Assembly: GCA_040954595.2 (NCBI GenBank)
Contig: CM082594.2
Coordinates: 11,598,276 to 11,662,275 of the forward strand
Reading direction: 5' to 3'
From: Balanoglossus misakiensis
Lineage: Eukaryota > Animalia > Hemichordata
DNA: 64,000 nucleotides
Every line of letters begins with the position of its first letter. Position 1 is the stretch's first letter. Position numbers and translations under genes: made by a program. This document shows, one piece after another, positions 25,273 through 50,340 of the stretch. Under the pieces are notes generated by a model. The model was not told the origin of the DNA, searched no databases, and saw only the letters and a list, made by a program, of their open reading frames with translations.

Positions 25273-26577
25273 TGGAAAGTTGATCAGTTACAGGTTAAAG
25301 GGGTGGCATACTTTTTCAGGTGGCCACCCAAGTGAAAATCTGTCATTTTGTGATTGGCTACATAGAGTTATAATCATGCATGGCTGATGTATTAAGTATG
25401 CATAGATTAAAATGATAATTATGACAGTAATCATAATGAACTTCTGGTCTTGACTAACAAGTCCTACAATCTTCAATTTGTTGCATTTGAATTAACATAC
25501 AGTTGTATGGATGTTTGCCGTTTTGCTTCAAGAAAACTAATGAATTTTCCACAGGGCTACTGCCAGTGGCCATTTTAAATTTCTGATCAATTTGAGGAAG
25601 TTTGTGAATATAAAACTGCACAGTGACCTCTGAAGTACCATGTTGATTTTAAATAAAAGAACACTTGAGAAATTTGATGGTTCCCATTGAGAATCTTTAT
25701 TGACATCAATCTCATATACAATAAAATACAATATTGCACAGACTTTTAATACATTACAAAACTTACAGAACTTACATGATAATGAATTTTACAACTTTCA
25801 AATTTTAATGTCTGTAGTTGTTTCCTGCGAGTATTTTTACAGTTTGTTACTTGTGTTCCTGTACTGTAATGTAGTAATACCAGCATTCAATAAAATTTCA
25901 ATTCTTCAACTAAAGTACAATTCTGAAACTATCCCTGTTTTAAAAACACAGATCCTACTTTCTCTTGAAGTGTTTTTCTCCTTCGTTTATCTGCTCCACA
26001 GCTGAGCAAATTTCACAATTTCAGACTGATGTCTATATGGAAATGATAATTTTAAACACTGTTACCTGAAATCTTCCTGAACAGAAATTCAGAGATTTGC
26101 ACGACCCCTGCATAATTTACTGTTGCTTCCTGCAAATGGCATGCAAGTCCATCGGTTTGACATAAAACTTGGCAGGTCAACTATTGGTACAGCTATTCAT
26201 CTTATGTGCAACTGAGCTTGTATATTTTTCAACAACGGAGAAAAACTGTGATGCTAAAAATCCATATACATGTACTGATACATACGATGAACACTTGTGA
26301 AAATTGATAATTAAAAACTGGCAAATCAAACTGTATGGCCCCACTAGAGCCGTTTCCTTTTGGAAGCTGAATCAACTTGTTAAAATAGCCATGTTTTACC
26401 CTTTTACAACTATGGCTTGGTCCAAATCCATCGTTTTAACACTAAAGTGCTTGTTAGAATATAATACTTCTGTCTTAGTTTAACAAACATAGCACACCAT
26501 ACTTGTGAGCACTGATTATACAAATTTTCCTGGCAGAAAACTAATGTAATTTTTCGGTGATTGGGTAACTGTGCAAT

Positions 26578-38022
<11,445 letters not shown>

Positions 38023-38493
38023 TGCTTATGTTGTCAGTTACACCTATGTGATATAAATATTAGGTTGATTTCAACGAGGACGCAGTGAAACAAACATTAG
38101 GGAAAGTGATCGTATAAGGGGGCGTGGCAGCTCTATCAATCATGACACCTGGACAGATATTTGGGATTGCGATCAGAGCATGTCGTGTATGTGGTTTGTT
38201 CTTTTTATGATCAGAAACGCATGAATTGATGTGCTGTGCGTCTCCTTGTCCATTTCCACCATCGTCGGATACAATCACAGCCATTCCAATTTCATAGTCA
38301 ATACCAGGTCACAGGTATGATCATACTAGTGGCTCGATCGCACCATTCTGGAGCTGCTGTACCATAAACTCGAGTCAGTTTTTTTAAATGTCAACAATAC
38401 CTGTTTTTTGCACGTTGTGTCTAGGTCTTAATCATTTCCGAAACCAACGATCGCAGGAATATTATGCGCCGTAGCTGCATTCACTGATATCAA

Positions 38494-39460
38494 CTTCCGC
38501 CATCTTGCTTTGGTGACCTTGGTTGACCGGAACGGATTATCACTGTCGCCTTGGGCACAAAAATAAAGTTCGCAGAACGATAAAATAAACGAGGACCAAT
38601 GAGCAAATTATGAGCAATTTTCTCTCTTTGTGTATGATATAACAGTATATGCAAAGAAAAAGAATCGTCATTCACGACATAATTGCCCTGCAAATCATTT
38701 TCCGAATGCACAGCGCAACGATCTGCGAAGTGATGCGGTTGCGGTAAATTTGTGATGGTGAAAACGAGGCTGAAAGTCGGGGGAATCCCTCTGAGGTGTA
38801 AATTGCGGCCTCCAAGAAAATCTGGAAATAAACGTTACGTAGATGTTACAAATGCTACTTTGACCGATCAAGACAAAATGAACAAGAGATCAAATGAACA
38901 AACTAAGGAGTGCAGAAATCGGTCATTTGCATCGATGTTTGATTTACACTGAAACAAACACATTTTGCGGGCGTTTCTGGGACCGCTTTATTTTCTGACC
39001 CTTTTTTCGATTTTTTTTTTCTCGATAAAAATTACCAAAGCTATTTATGTTAACTCCAATATATAAGGTGTTAGGCAACTATATCAACAATGAACGTTCT
39101 ATTATATTTGTGCAGAAATCGGCCATTTGCATCGCGGCATCGATGTTTGATTTCACTGAAACAAACACATTGGAGTTGCGTAAAAACAAAGTAAAAGGAA
39201 AAGTGTTTTGAGGGCGCCATAAACGTCAATATTTGCATCATAAAGGCCACCGGATTTCTAATCCAGTGGTCTTGACGCGACGAAACCGATACGTTTTCGC
39301 CAAGTGACATGTTGCACGTACCCCTGGGCTTTTCACACTTCGGGTAAACTGAAGTGATCACCGTGGTAACCGTTGATAGTGTATCGACGCCGCCTCTCAT
39401 CACACTCTCACTATTCTGGAAACGGACGCTTCACTTATTCTGATCCAGGCCACTGGGAAA
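38494..39460. promoter_or_regulatory. Putative bidirectional promoter region between WDR7 and ADAM10-like; YY1-type motif at the WDR7 end
   Basis: Head-to-head arrangement with ~1 kb between the WDR7 non-coding first exon and the ADAM ATG; cttccgccatcttg (CAAGATGGCGG on - strand, YY1 consensus) at ~38494-38507; CpG-richer than the flanking gene bodies. Confidence 0.55.
38910..39170. repeat. ~55-bp direct duplication inside the WDR7/ADAM intergenic region
   Basis: gtgcagaaatcggtcatttgcatcgatgtttgatttacactgaaacaaacacatt (~38910) vs gtgcagaaatcggccatttgcatcgcggcatcgatgtttgatttcactgaaacaaacacatt (~39110). Confidence 0.85.
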
Positions 39461-42400
39461 ATGGCAACAACCGTGTTTGGTTTGCTTGCCGTAGTTGTTT
39501 TAGTAATCGAAACCGGTGTGGGCGGTGAGTTTCAAGAACTTCAAGGATATTTCTTGTTTATAGCATCGTTGATCAGTGGATATTAACATCGGAATCATAC
39601 GCCGGCTGTATGAGCTACCGGTCTTACGCTAACATTTTCATTCTCACAATAATCATTTATAATCTAACAGGTGGTATTTTCGTATGAAATTTCATGATTT
39701 ATCAAAAATAACTGTCATTGCAGGTACAGGTGGGCGTCTAAACGACGTGATCAATCATTATGACACGCTCCATTACAACCTTGCAGAGGTGCGAGAGAGT
39801 CACCACCGAGCGAGAAGATCGATGGATGGCGAAGTGGAACTAAAATTCCACGCCCTGGATAGGTAAAGAATGTGTTACGTACAATGGTAGTTAGCTGTAT
39901 TGTATGTGTTGTCTTTATAGTATGTATAGTACCGGTATACTCCCTGTGTTATGTAATGACCCCCATGTAACTATCTCTGAAACCTACATCATCACAGTGG
40001 AGAGGAAATGGATTTAAACCTGTCAGCGTATATCTGCTTACACAACAACTTGGTAACAATTTATTAATTAGTATTAATTTACATGATAATTTCAACATAT
40101 AAAATAGTTCTTCTTCTAAGAGAGTGCAGCATGCCATTCCCTGCTAGTGACATAAAGAAATATTCTAGATCACTCTAACTCAGTGTATGGGACCGTTTTT
40201 ATAATGGACATGTACAATGAATAGCCGACCTTTTGCATCTTATGTCTGGGTCCAGTGACCTCTTCTATTCAAATTGTTTGAGTGAAACTGAATTGTTGAG
40301 GTGTTAAACAGAAATAAAATCTGTTTATAAGTCTTCAATCGAGCAATGTTTGGATTGGTCGATGACAAACTGATCATTTCCACAAGTGTTTTTTGAACGA
40401 TCCTGATAGCTCCCTCAGTATTAATTTCTGTAGTCTTATAAGCTCTCGTATAGCACACCTATTTCTGCCTGGTTTCACTGCCTGTAGATGGACGTTAAAA
40501 TGGCAATGTATGAATGAACTGGACATGTATTCTTCAGAATGTCAGTTGACAAAGAATGACTGTCAGGGTGTGTTCAAGAAGGTCAATGAACGCTCTCAAT
40601 GGTGTTGTATGTCTGACAACTCTTGTTTACACCAAATGTGGTATTATATCATACACCAAAGTATGTGTTTAATTAATTCTGTTGAAAATGACCTGTTTTC
40701 GCTATTGATAGACACTTTCACCTGAGGCTCAGAAGATCAACATCATCATTCACAAAAGACTTTCAAATTGAAACTTCTGATGGTGTCAGGATCCATGATA
40801 CTTCCTTTTTGTACACAGGAGAATTGGAAGGTAAGAGTGATTACTTAGGCAGCACTTGAATTGGTAGACTAGCAATAGCAACCAATGTATCCATCAAAAG
40901 AGCAGAACTGGAACTGACCTGACTCATACCAATTCTTTTTGTTTCCAGGGCAACCATTCAGCCATTGTCATGGTGCTATCATGGATGGTGCATTTAGAGG
41001 TTCTATTTATGACGGCACAGAGCAATACTTCATAGAGCCTGCAGCCAGATACTTTGAAGAGACAACAGATTTCCATTCTGTTATTTACGCGGGGAAAGAC
41101 GTCAACATTCCAGAGAACGGCCATGGTCCCGGCGGATGTTCCATGACCGCAGAAATATTGGCCAAGATGACGAAGATGCAGGAAAACATTAAAGAGGTAT
41201 TGCTGCTGATGAGAATTCAAGAATGACATTTTTCAAAGACTGTTATGTGTATTTTCTTTTGATTTGAATACATCTGACTCAATTATAGAAGTTGTGCTCT
41301 TAATCGTTGTAGGATCAAATCCCTACCTAACATTTGCATGTTTGCTTTGTATTATAATATTTGTAGGAATCATCATCATCATCATTTTTCAAGGAAAGAC
41401 AGAAGAGAGATGCCACACAAAACACATGTCCACTTTTCATTGAAACTGACCACACATTTTATGAAAGGTAGGAGTTGTTTTCCATTGTGCTTGCTTGTCA
41501 TGTGTGACTGAAATGTCTGTGTTTGAATATGTGCCTGCATGTTTACCTGTCATGTGTCATGTCTGGGGAAAACATAACATAGTTTTTAATTTTTACTTAA
41601 CTACAGATATGGGAGCCATGAAGAAGTTGTAGCTGCTGTTGCAGATGCAGTTGAAGCTGTCAATTTCATCTACCGTGAAATTATATTTGGTTCTTATACT
41701 GACATTGGCTTTATCGTCAAGAAGTTAAGGGTCAGTATTTTATCGATCATTTTCAAGAGACTTTCCTTTACAGACAGGTCAATTACTGTACTTGTTGAAC
41801 AGTGATTTTAACAAAGTCACCAGTATGTAGAGGTGGCCACTAACTCAGGTTTGCAATGACTACATGTACATCACTTTTGCAGATTTACACACCAGGTGAT
41901 GTTGGCACAGGTGGCTACCTCTTTTCCAGTGAAAACATCGGAGTTGAGAAATTCCTAGACATGGCATCGTCACGCAACTTTAACGACTACTGTCTGGCAT
42001 ACACGTTCTGTAATCGTGACTTCAGTAATGGAGTACTGGGCCTTGCTTGGATTGGGTACCCCGTAGGTTAGTGAATTATTTTCATGGAGACTTTCTGAGT
42101 TCTCATTGTTCAAACATTCTTGGTTCACCCTTGGTAGCCCGTTGACAGCAAAACCAAATAGAAGACCTTCAAACCAAATTCCTGTAACAGTAGTTGTCAA
42201 GGTCAATGACCATTCACAATTTTATTGCAAGGTGGTACCTTTATGGTGAACAGTTTCAGTCCTTTGTAAAGCCTCCAATCAACAAACCTACAGTACTTCT
42301 TGACCTTCAAGAGACAATTAATTCATTTCAAACTTGGTTATTTTTTCTTCCTTTCATGATGATACATGTATAGCCAGTAGAGGTGGCGGTATCTGTGACT

Positions 42401-44849
42401 TGTACCGGGAATACACCAGCCAAGGATGGAGATCACTGAACACTGGCATTGTCACCACGGTCAATTACGGATTCGAAATTAGTCCTTACATGTTTCATTT
42501 GACCTTCGCCCATGAACTTGGCCATAGTCTTGGCTCACCTGTGAGTATACAGATTTGGGGGGATAAGGGAACCATTTCATGTGCAATGAGTGAGGTTGGA
42601 TTTAAACATTTTTAGCCACGTTTTTCTCAAAATCTGTCAGCCTTGAACAGTTAAATTTGAAGTTGCCTTTGCTATCACACAAATCGCTTGGGTTCATGTA
42701 CATGTTCATGCAAGAACTACATAACTCGTATTTTCGTTTCAAATGTCATTACAGCATGATTATCCATTGCAATGTACACCAGGTGGTTCTGAAGGGAATT
42801 ACATTATGTATGCGAGGTCAACAAGTGGTGGCAAGATAAACAACAACCAGTTTTCATCGTGCAGTATTGGAAATATGACAAATGTCCTCAATGTCAAAAA
42901 GGATTCTTGCTTCACAAGTAAGTTGAGTAGCTGTATGAATGGGGTGGGACCTGAAATAGTTGATGCGTGGCACAGAGAGATTGCAAACTAGACAGAAATT
43001 ACTGCGAATGTCCCTTTAACAAACAGTTTCCTCATTTTTTCACTGTAGCCCGCGATATAGCTATCTGCGGTAATGGTATTATTGAAGAAGGAGAAGAATG
43101 TGATTGTGGATTTGAAGAGCAGTGTCTTGATGATAACTGTTGTGTGCCTCAGAAATCAACCTACAGTGATCCTATGGCATGTACTCTTGTCCCTGGTGCC
43201 CAATGCAGGTATGTTATGAGGGATGAAGACTTCTCTACACATGCATTCACATATGAACATAAGGGCATTTCTGTATTTGTCTTGTTATTTTTTTCAGTGC
43301 ATCACAAGGAATTTGCTGTGATACTGCGACTTGTCAACACAAAGCTGAAGGCACTTATTGTAGATCTGCAGGGGAGTGTCATTACCAGGCCAATTGTACA
43401 TATCCTTTCAATATTTCCACTGTCAAAATTGTGACATTATTAATGAGTTCAGTTGAATGTATATTCCCTAAACAAGAGGTTTACAGTACTGACTTTATTC
43501 ACTGGGTTTTCCAAGTTATCAAAAGTCCTCTAAGCCCATATGACGCGCCAACAAACTCACTGTTGATGCAAGAAGATTACATGCAAAGGTATAGGGCTGA
43601 CTGACTCAGAGAAATTTCTAGAAATCCTCAAATTGTGTTTGTTAGAGGGCACACTGCTCAGGACAGTGACAATATAACCCATTCTCCATGATGTTTTGAC
43701 TTAACCTTGTGGTTATACTGGTGGCAGTGCAGTGTGTCCGACTTCTGACAGTGTTACAGATGATACCATTTGTGACAATGGAAAGAAGATGTGCCAGGCA
43801 GGAGTAAGTAAATCTACAGACTGAACATTGTTTCTGTCTTCACATACACTCAGCATGCACGTCTCCCAGGTGAGTTTTTTCCTCAGTCATTTCTCTCTGA
43901 AGTGGATTTACTGAAAACCGATAATTTATTCACAATTCTGATTTTGTCAATAGTCATGCAGTGAATCAATCTGTGCACTCTACAACTTGGAAGAATGCAT
44001 GTGTACAAGAGATGGAGAAGACTGTCACTTGTGTTGTATGAATATCGGTAAGTATCACTGTCTGTCTTTCTCCCCTCTCCATTCTTCTCCCTCCCCTCCC
44101 AAATACTTTTTGAGTTCCTGATCGTGAAGATCCACAATCAGTATAGTGTGGCTTAATTGACAGTGTGTGTGACTGAAACTTCTTTTAATTTTTCACAGGT
44201 CAACCACAGACTTGTGTCAGTGCTAGCAAATGGCTGAACATCTACGACAACGACGGCAATGCCATTTATGTGCATCATGGATCTCCATGTAGTAACTTCC
44301 AGGGTTACTGTGATGTCTACAACACATGTCAAGATGTGGATCTGGATGGGCCGCTCATCAGTATCATCAATAAAATCTTCAAACCAGTCCCTGGAGATGA
44401 TTTTATTGACACTCTTAGTCAATGGGTACAGGTGAGTCCTGAAACAGAATCCTGGTACAGTAAAACCTGTCTAAACTTAACACCAAACGAACTGAAGAAA
44501 TGGTTCTGTTTGTAGAGGTGTCCAGTTTGTAGAATGTGCTTCTATGTGATTTTTTGCTGATCTTAATCTTTCTGTAAATGATTCAAAATTGTGCATTGTT
44601 TGTTGCCAACAGGTCAACTGGTGGGTCATATTAGTGTGTGTGCTCGGACTGATTGTGTTGATGTTACTCACAGTAATCATTTGCACAAGACTCGTACCAA
44701 GCGACAACCCAAGCAAAAAGAAGCAGACACGTCGTAACCCAGTTAGTCTACGCAAAAAACGATATCGTCAGAGTCAAATGCCAGGCCATCATCCAATTTC
44801 ATCAGATCAACATCCAGACAGAGCAGAAGAAAGGGCCACTCGCATGTAA
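39461..44849 (+). CDS. ADAM10: ADAM10/Kuzbanian-like disintegrin metalloprotease, 15 coding exons
   Basis: Signal peptide MATTVFGLLAVVVLVIETGVG (39461-39524); prodomain (39724-39862, 40712-40830, 40949-41196; cysteine-switch-like GPGGC); furin site RQKR; YCLAYTFCNRDFSNGVLGLAW; zinc motif HELGHSLGSP|HD; Met-turn NYIMY; disintegrin CGNGIIEEGEECDCG; Cys-rich GSPCSNFQGYCDVYNTCQDVDLDGPL; TM WWVILVCVLGLIVLMLLTVIIC. May be a paralog rather than the 1:1 ortholog. Confidence 0.9.
43400..43718 (+). other. U12-type (minor spliceosome) AT-AC intron
   Basis: 5' end ATATCCTTT (U12 consensus RTATCCTTT); branch-like TTGACTTAAC at 43696-43705; 3' end TTATAC. Removal joins ...GECHYQANCT|GGSAVCP in frame. Confidence 0.9.
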
Positions 44850-45647
44850 TTAATTCCCTCACAAATAAAAACCTCTTCATCCCTCTTCAAAGACATGTGG
44901 CATAACCCCTCCATCCCAGTACAGTGGAATGATCCAGATATTGGAATCTGTTGACCATTCCATTTTACTAGGGTGCATCTGCAAAAATATGATTGAAATG
45001 AATGGCAGAGGTCGACCAGTTTTTGATGAAGTTTGACAATCATAGTAATAATCCAATATGAGCCTCTAAAATATAACAAAAATTCCAGCATTTAGCATAA
45101 GCAAAGCCTTATTCAATGAAACCTGGCAAGGGTCAGAATGCAACTAAAGTGCCTTATTATGTTATAAGTAAGTATTCTGCATGCAATTATCCCGGGTGCT
45201 AAATTTTATCAATAGATTTTATTTTGGACGTATTGCTTGATGGACTACCAAAGACTAGAGTCTTGCCTGTGAAGTTTGCAACATTTACCTTTCCCCCGAA
45301 TGACATCTTTTCCATTGGTGAATCATTTCCTGGAAACCCTATTTTAGACCCGAACCAAACTTCTCTTCTTAAACTGAACTTTCCAGTATGACCTCCACCC
45401 CACCCACCCCGATCTAGTTTTAACTGAAATCTTTTGGACAGAGGTTTTTAATTGCTGACCCCTGCTTGTTTGTCATGGCATGATCAAGCTCTAGTTATCT
45501 CAGCTGTTCATTCCATTACAATGAAGGGAGCATGGGTTCGAATGAGGGTAATTGCAAAGCTATTGCATGCTTGTAGTCCCATGTCTTTTGCATGTGGTGT
45601 GACTTTTCCTTCTGAAGCCTTTGTATGTCAACCACTTGTCTCAGTTA

Positions 45648-45711
45648 CCTAGTCTAGTACCCAGACATCAGTTTCTCAGAAGGGAAACTTATGTCTAGGT
45701 ACTAGACTGGG
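45648..45711. repeat. Near-perfect 28-bp inverted repeat (hairpin / mini-MITE) downstream of the ADAM stop
   Basis: cctagtctagtacccagacatcagtttc - 8-nt loop - gaaacttatgtctaggtactagactggg; 3 mismatches in 28 bp. Confidence 0.85.
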
Positions 45712-47990
45712 GTCTACAACTCCTCTTGTCAAGCTCCACAGTTTTTCAAGTGTAAAGCTTGACAACTAAACTGGCGTCCTCAGCGACAACTACAGTGGTG
45801 AACTTATGAATTTATACATTCCAAACAAGAATTTTTAAGCCACAAAAAGATGCATGTATGTTTGATTTTATTTGAATTGTACATGTAATTATTTGTATAT
45901 ATTGAGTCTATAAAGGTGTAATGGTGTATATTGTACTTTTTCACTGAACATATAATTCATTATAAACTGTCATGTGATTGTTCTACATGGCTGAAGTAAA
46001 CTGCAGTGGTGTGTTTGTGACACAGATGTGAGAAACCCAACTCTAGGAATGTTAAAGACACTTTCCACCACAGCAATTGTAGTGATTGTGTGTTAATGCT
46101 ATTTATTTGTATTTTTTCTCTCAAAGTCAGGGTTGATGCACCTGTTCAAGTTATGGCCAGGTCTTTATTCAACCCTGACATGTGTAGATAAATATTCTCA
46201 GGGCAAATGACATGACTTTGTTGTTAAGATATTTTCCTTATGTTATTCTAAGACCTAGTATAGTATATCCTTTTACTTTCACCTGTTTTATTTTTAAATG
46301 ACACATTTTAAGCATTATAAACAATTCAAGTTCATTGTTTATATCCATGGCTGTCCAACTGTCAAGATATTTGGTTGCATCTGAATATTCTTAAAGGAAT
46401 AGTTAAGACCTCATACACTATTCACTGCAATATCTAAAGACTGTGGTGAAATTATTTGACGCGTTTAAAAAAGAAAGTTGCAAATATTTGTGTATAGTTT
46501 GTAGTTGCATATACGGTGGGGTTACAGAAATCGACAGGTGGTTGATAGAGGGCGCTCACACTAGACCGAAGCATTTTGGGGCCCAATTAATCTCCAATCA
46601 ATCTGATTAAATACTGGTGTACGAATTTGTGTTCTAGCTCTTTTTCACTGCAGTTGTTGGGGATTAAACACTGTGTATTCAAGTCGAATGGGCCATTTTC
46701 AGGTTATATATTAGCCTAAGTAGTGGGTCAGTTTCTAAATACAATGCACCTTGTTGGTAAGAGTTTTATCAGTTTGGGTTGCATTTTCTCGTGCAGATTA
46801 CCATGAAATGTTATTTTATTTTGTACATTTTGTAGTGAATGAATCATTTTTAAATCCATATATGTATTCTGTTTACATTAAAAATGGATTTGCTAAGATG
46901 CATTTTAGAAATTTTTACAGTTTGATCATATAGCCTGGATAATTAACATTTTGGTCATCTATGTTCTCTGCCTACGTTAGCACGTGTTAGCAAACACATT
47001 CTGCTTCTTGTTGACCTTGATGGCTTTCACAATGATGCTACGAGCAGATTGAACGTGTGTCTACTTGACTATGATGAATCCTTTAATACCATTAGGTATG
47101 CTTGACTTCAGGTGAAATTATCTTTTTTATAAGTAGTCATAACAACGACCACCCCCAGTCTAAAGAATGTCTTTTTTTCGTAATCTTCCTTTATTGTCTT
47201 GGAAGTAATTTGGCTGTTTGCGGAAATGCTAAGAAATCATTAATCTGCTTAATGGAGCGTTGTTATTAAGACATCGTTAATGGATACCTAGCGTGTGGTA
47301 TATAAGACATAAAAGTTTAGCTTGATTATTTGTTGTTAGGAGAACAGTAAAACGTCATTCATTTTGTTCTTTCTGTAGGACACAATGATGTTTATTTGTA
47401 CAAAACGAGAAGATATTTTTTAGTTGATTCCTTGAATGATATGTGAACATTCAGCCACAAACACTCTAAACAGAAGGAACTTGAATACACCCTTTAATCA
47501 TATATAGTGTACATGTACAGGAATAAGTAAATTAGAGGAGGTGAATTACAGTTTGAAGAAAATGATAGCTTAAAATGTCTGTTCACCATTCCAACGGTTT
47601 TGCAAATGCGTATTGTGTGCTTATTAATTTTGGTAAATGGACGGATTTTGCCATCCGACCTTTATATGTTTTGATAAATATATTGCTCACAATGGTTACA
47701 ATTCATTAATATTGATCTAACCTGGACGATGATATCCATGTGATACTCTGTAAGTGCATTTACCCAATTAGATTGATGAATGTTTCCCTCTTAATGAAAT
47801 CACATGGAAGTAGATAAACTATATAAAACTAGTTTCCGTGGGCAGAACTGATATTGTATAAACTGGATGTGGTTTTCTGTTACATGATGAAGAAAATAGG
47901 ACTGGAGGACATTTAGGAAAAAGAACTTCATAGGTGACTCCGCGATAGAGATTTGTGTAGTTTAACTTCACTGTTGGCTGAAAAACTCTA

Positions 47991-50340
47991 AGAGTTAACA
48001 TAGAGATTAGTGGCCATTTTGAATTTGTAAATTTATAGATTTATTGCGATGTGATGAAAATGATTATCAGCTGAGATGAGGACCTTTGATTGCATCTCTG
48101 TCAGCTAGCCGGAAAAAAAATTGAAAACGGCCGCGGTGATTGGATATATCGCCAGTGACGTGTCCAAGCACCCCGTCAATTTGAATATCAGCAGCTATTT
48201 CTGATTGGTTGAAAAAGGGGGAACAGATGTTTGGGGATTTCCGTTCGGAGCGTGCTTCAGTTTGTTCGCCACGTGAAGCATGGCGGAAATTCTCATCGAC
48301 ACGATTGACTGGGAAACTAAGATTGTCCTGAGAAAAGATTTCAAACACACCTATCCACTGGAGTTGTGTTGTGTTTACCCGGTTGGCCATGCGCCAGGAA
48401 AGTTGAAAGTTTCCAGAAGTCAGGGTTTCCAAAAATCCGCTAATTCGAATCATTGGTGGCGCAACTTCATCATTGATGGACCACAGAAAACATTGTCTCT
48501 GCAAATGAAACTCCTTGTTCAGGTGAGCCATCAAAATTTTGCATTGAAATTTGTAGTGATATCGAAGCCGGATAGCGTTTCTAGTCTACGTTGTGGGAAA
48601 TTTAAATTACTGGGATCATTCAGGAATCTACTCGAGACGAGTCCTGTGGACACGTCATCGCCGGTGATATGATGTGCTCATGTGCACGATCTGAGCTGCT
48701 TTGGAAACAGAATGACAAAAATATTCAATTCCAAAATGGTTTCCCCAAACCAAGCATGAATCATACAATTTATTGACAAGAAAGTTCTGATGAGGGACCA
48801 GATCACTGAACAATTCTCATGATTAGTGTGAGAGGGCGAATTCATGAAATGCCCCGCGGTGGCAAGAGGTCACGTAGTGTATCATCGGTATAGGCACCCG
48901 GTTCATCATGCTTGAACTCACGATCACATGGCCAAGGGTTCAAATCCCTGGCCAGCAGGTGCATTGTCGACATGAAAAAATAAACAGCCATGGGTCAAGC
49001 AAGCAATGACCCCAAACAAGGATACTTTCTCAGTAGGAGATAGATGACGCATCATGGTTCCTTCGGAGAACATCAAACGGGGAAATAATTCGTAAATTTC
49101 TGATTCATAAAACCAGATTCTTTACGGGAAAACTGTATATATCTAACCTATTTTCTTTAGTTCAAGAAACGGACTCTGCACTTGTGATCAAAATAAGTTT
49201 GACATTAACAGCTAGGAGGAAGTTTTCCCAAAATTTAACACCTGCCAGATCCTGATTGTAAGTTGTTGCTTAACTGGAAATCCCTATCCCTCAGATTTTC
49301 TTGAAGCCGTGTCAATCATTCTATTGAATTTGGATCAATTAAGACCGCCGTGATTTTCAACCGCTCACAATCTATTTCGTTCTCGGGGCGTGGTTCTCCC
49401 TTGGATTAGAGCAATGAGATTATACAGTCATCGCTCTCATCTGCTTGTAGTGTTTATTCCGTGCCCTCTCAAACGACAAGGAATTATCCTTATTATTTTA
49501 TAAACCACCGACGGTTGGGAAACTTCAAGTCACCTGTGCAAACGTTCATTCATTCAGCTTGACTGATGCACCTTAAGCGATTGTTCGTCCGGCAGGGGCC
49601 TTTGCTCAAAGTCTTGCGTGGATTAGAACGCATCGCAGCAATTAGATCGAAGACCCCTTTTGTTATCTTGTTTTTTATAAGATAAATCCTCCCTTCAGTA
49701 TGTAAATGATAATGCTCTGCTTTGAAAGATATTTCCATTGCTTTATAATCTGTCAATCATAAATGTATGGTTCTGTCGGGCAGTTTGCGTGACCTCTTGG
49801 CTATTACTGGCAAATCTTGGGCTTAGTTTGGTGTGACATTCAGATCTTGTGGGACCGTGTGCATTTGCAGATTTTACTCGGTTTCATTAAAACTCCTCAA
49901 GGTCTTGTTCTCAGCCGATAGTATTTTAATATTTCATGTGCTGATTACTTTCCAGTTTATTGAAATACCTGCTACTTCAACTTGTGCATGTGTTTTGCTG
50001 GAAGCAATGGTGGTTAATTAAACGGATAATGTCCCTACTCGTGTAAGCTTAGTCCTTCTGTTAGAGCTTGAGATTTTTTTTGCTAAAGTGGCGATGAAAT
50101 TGAGTATGCAAATTAGCCGGCAAACAACTTGAAAGCATTACGTGCCTCGGAAACAGATTTTCAGAAAAGTGAGAGTCCCTCAAACCTTTCAATTCTGTTC
50201 TATATTAAAGTATATGTGAGGAGTCTTGTTGAAAACAGAGATGAAAACAGAGTGTTCACCATCTTGTTTTTTAAAAAAAAAACACTACTTAGTATATTCG
50301 CTATAGAGTTAACATAGAGATATGCGGACATTTTGAATTT
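47991..50340. repeat. Two copies of a ~35-bp dispersed repeat fragment
   Basis: agagttaacatagagattagtggccattttgaattt (~47991) and agagttaacatagagatatgcggacattttgaattt (~50306). Confidence 0.7.
48280..49187 (+). CDS. Hypothetical small spliced ORF (~89 aa), unknown product
   Basis: Kozak-like agcATGG at 48280; 81 open codons to a cag|gtgagc donor at 48522; tttctttag acceptor at 49160 adds FKKRTLHL*. Upstream are two ATTGG (CCAAT) boxes, TGACGTG and CACGTG. Confidence 0.35.
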
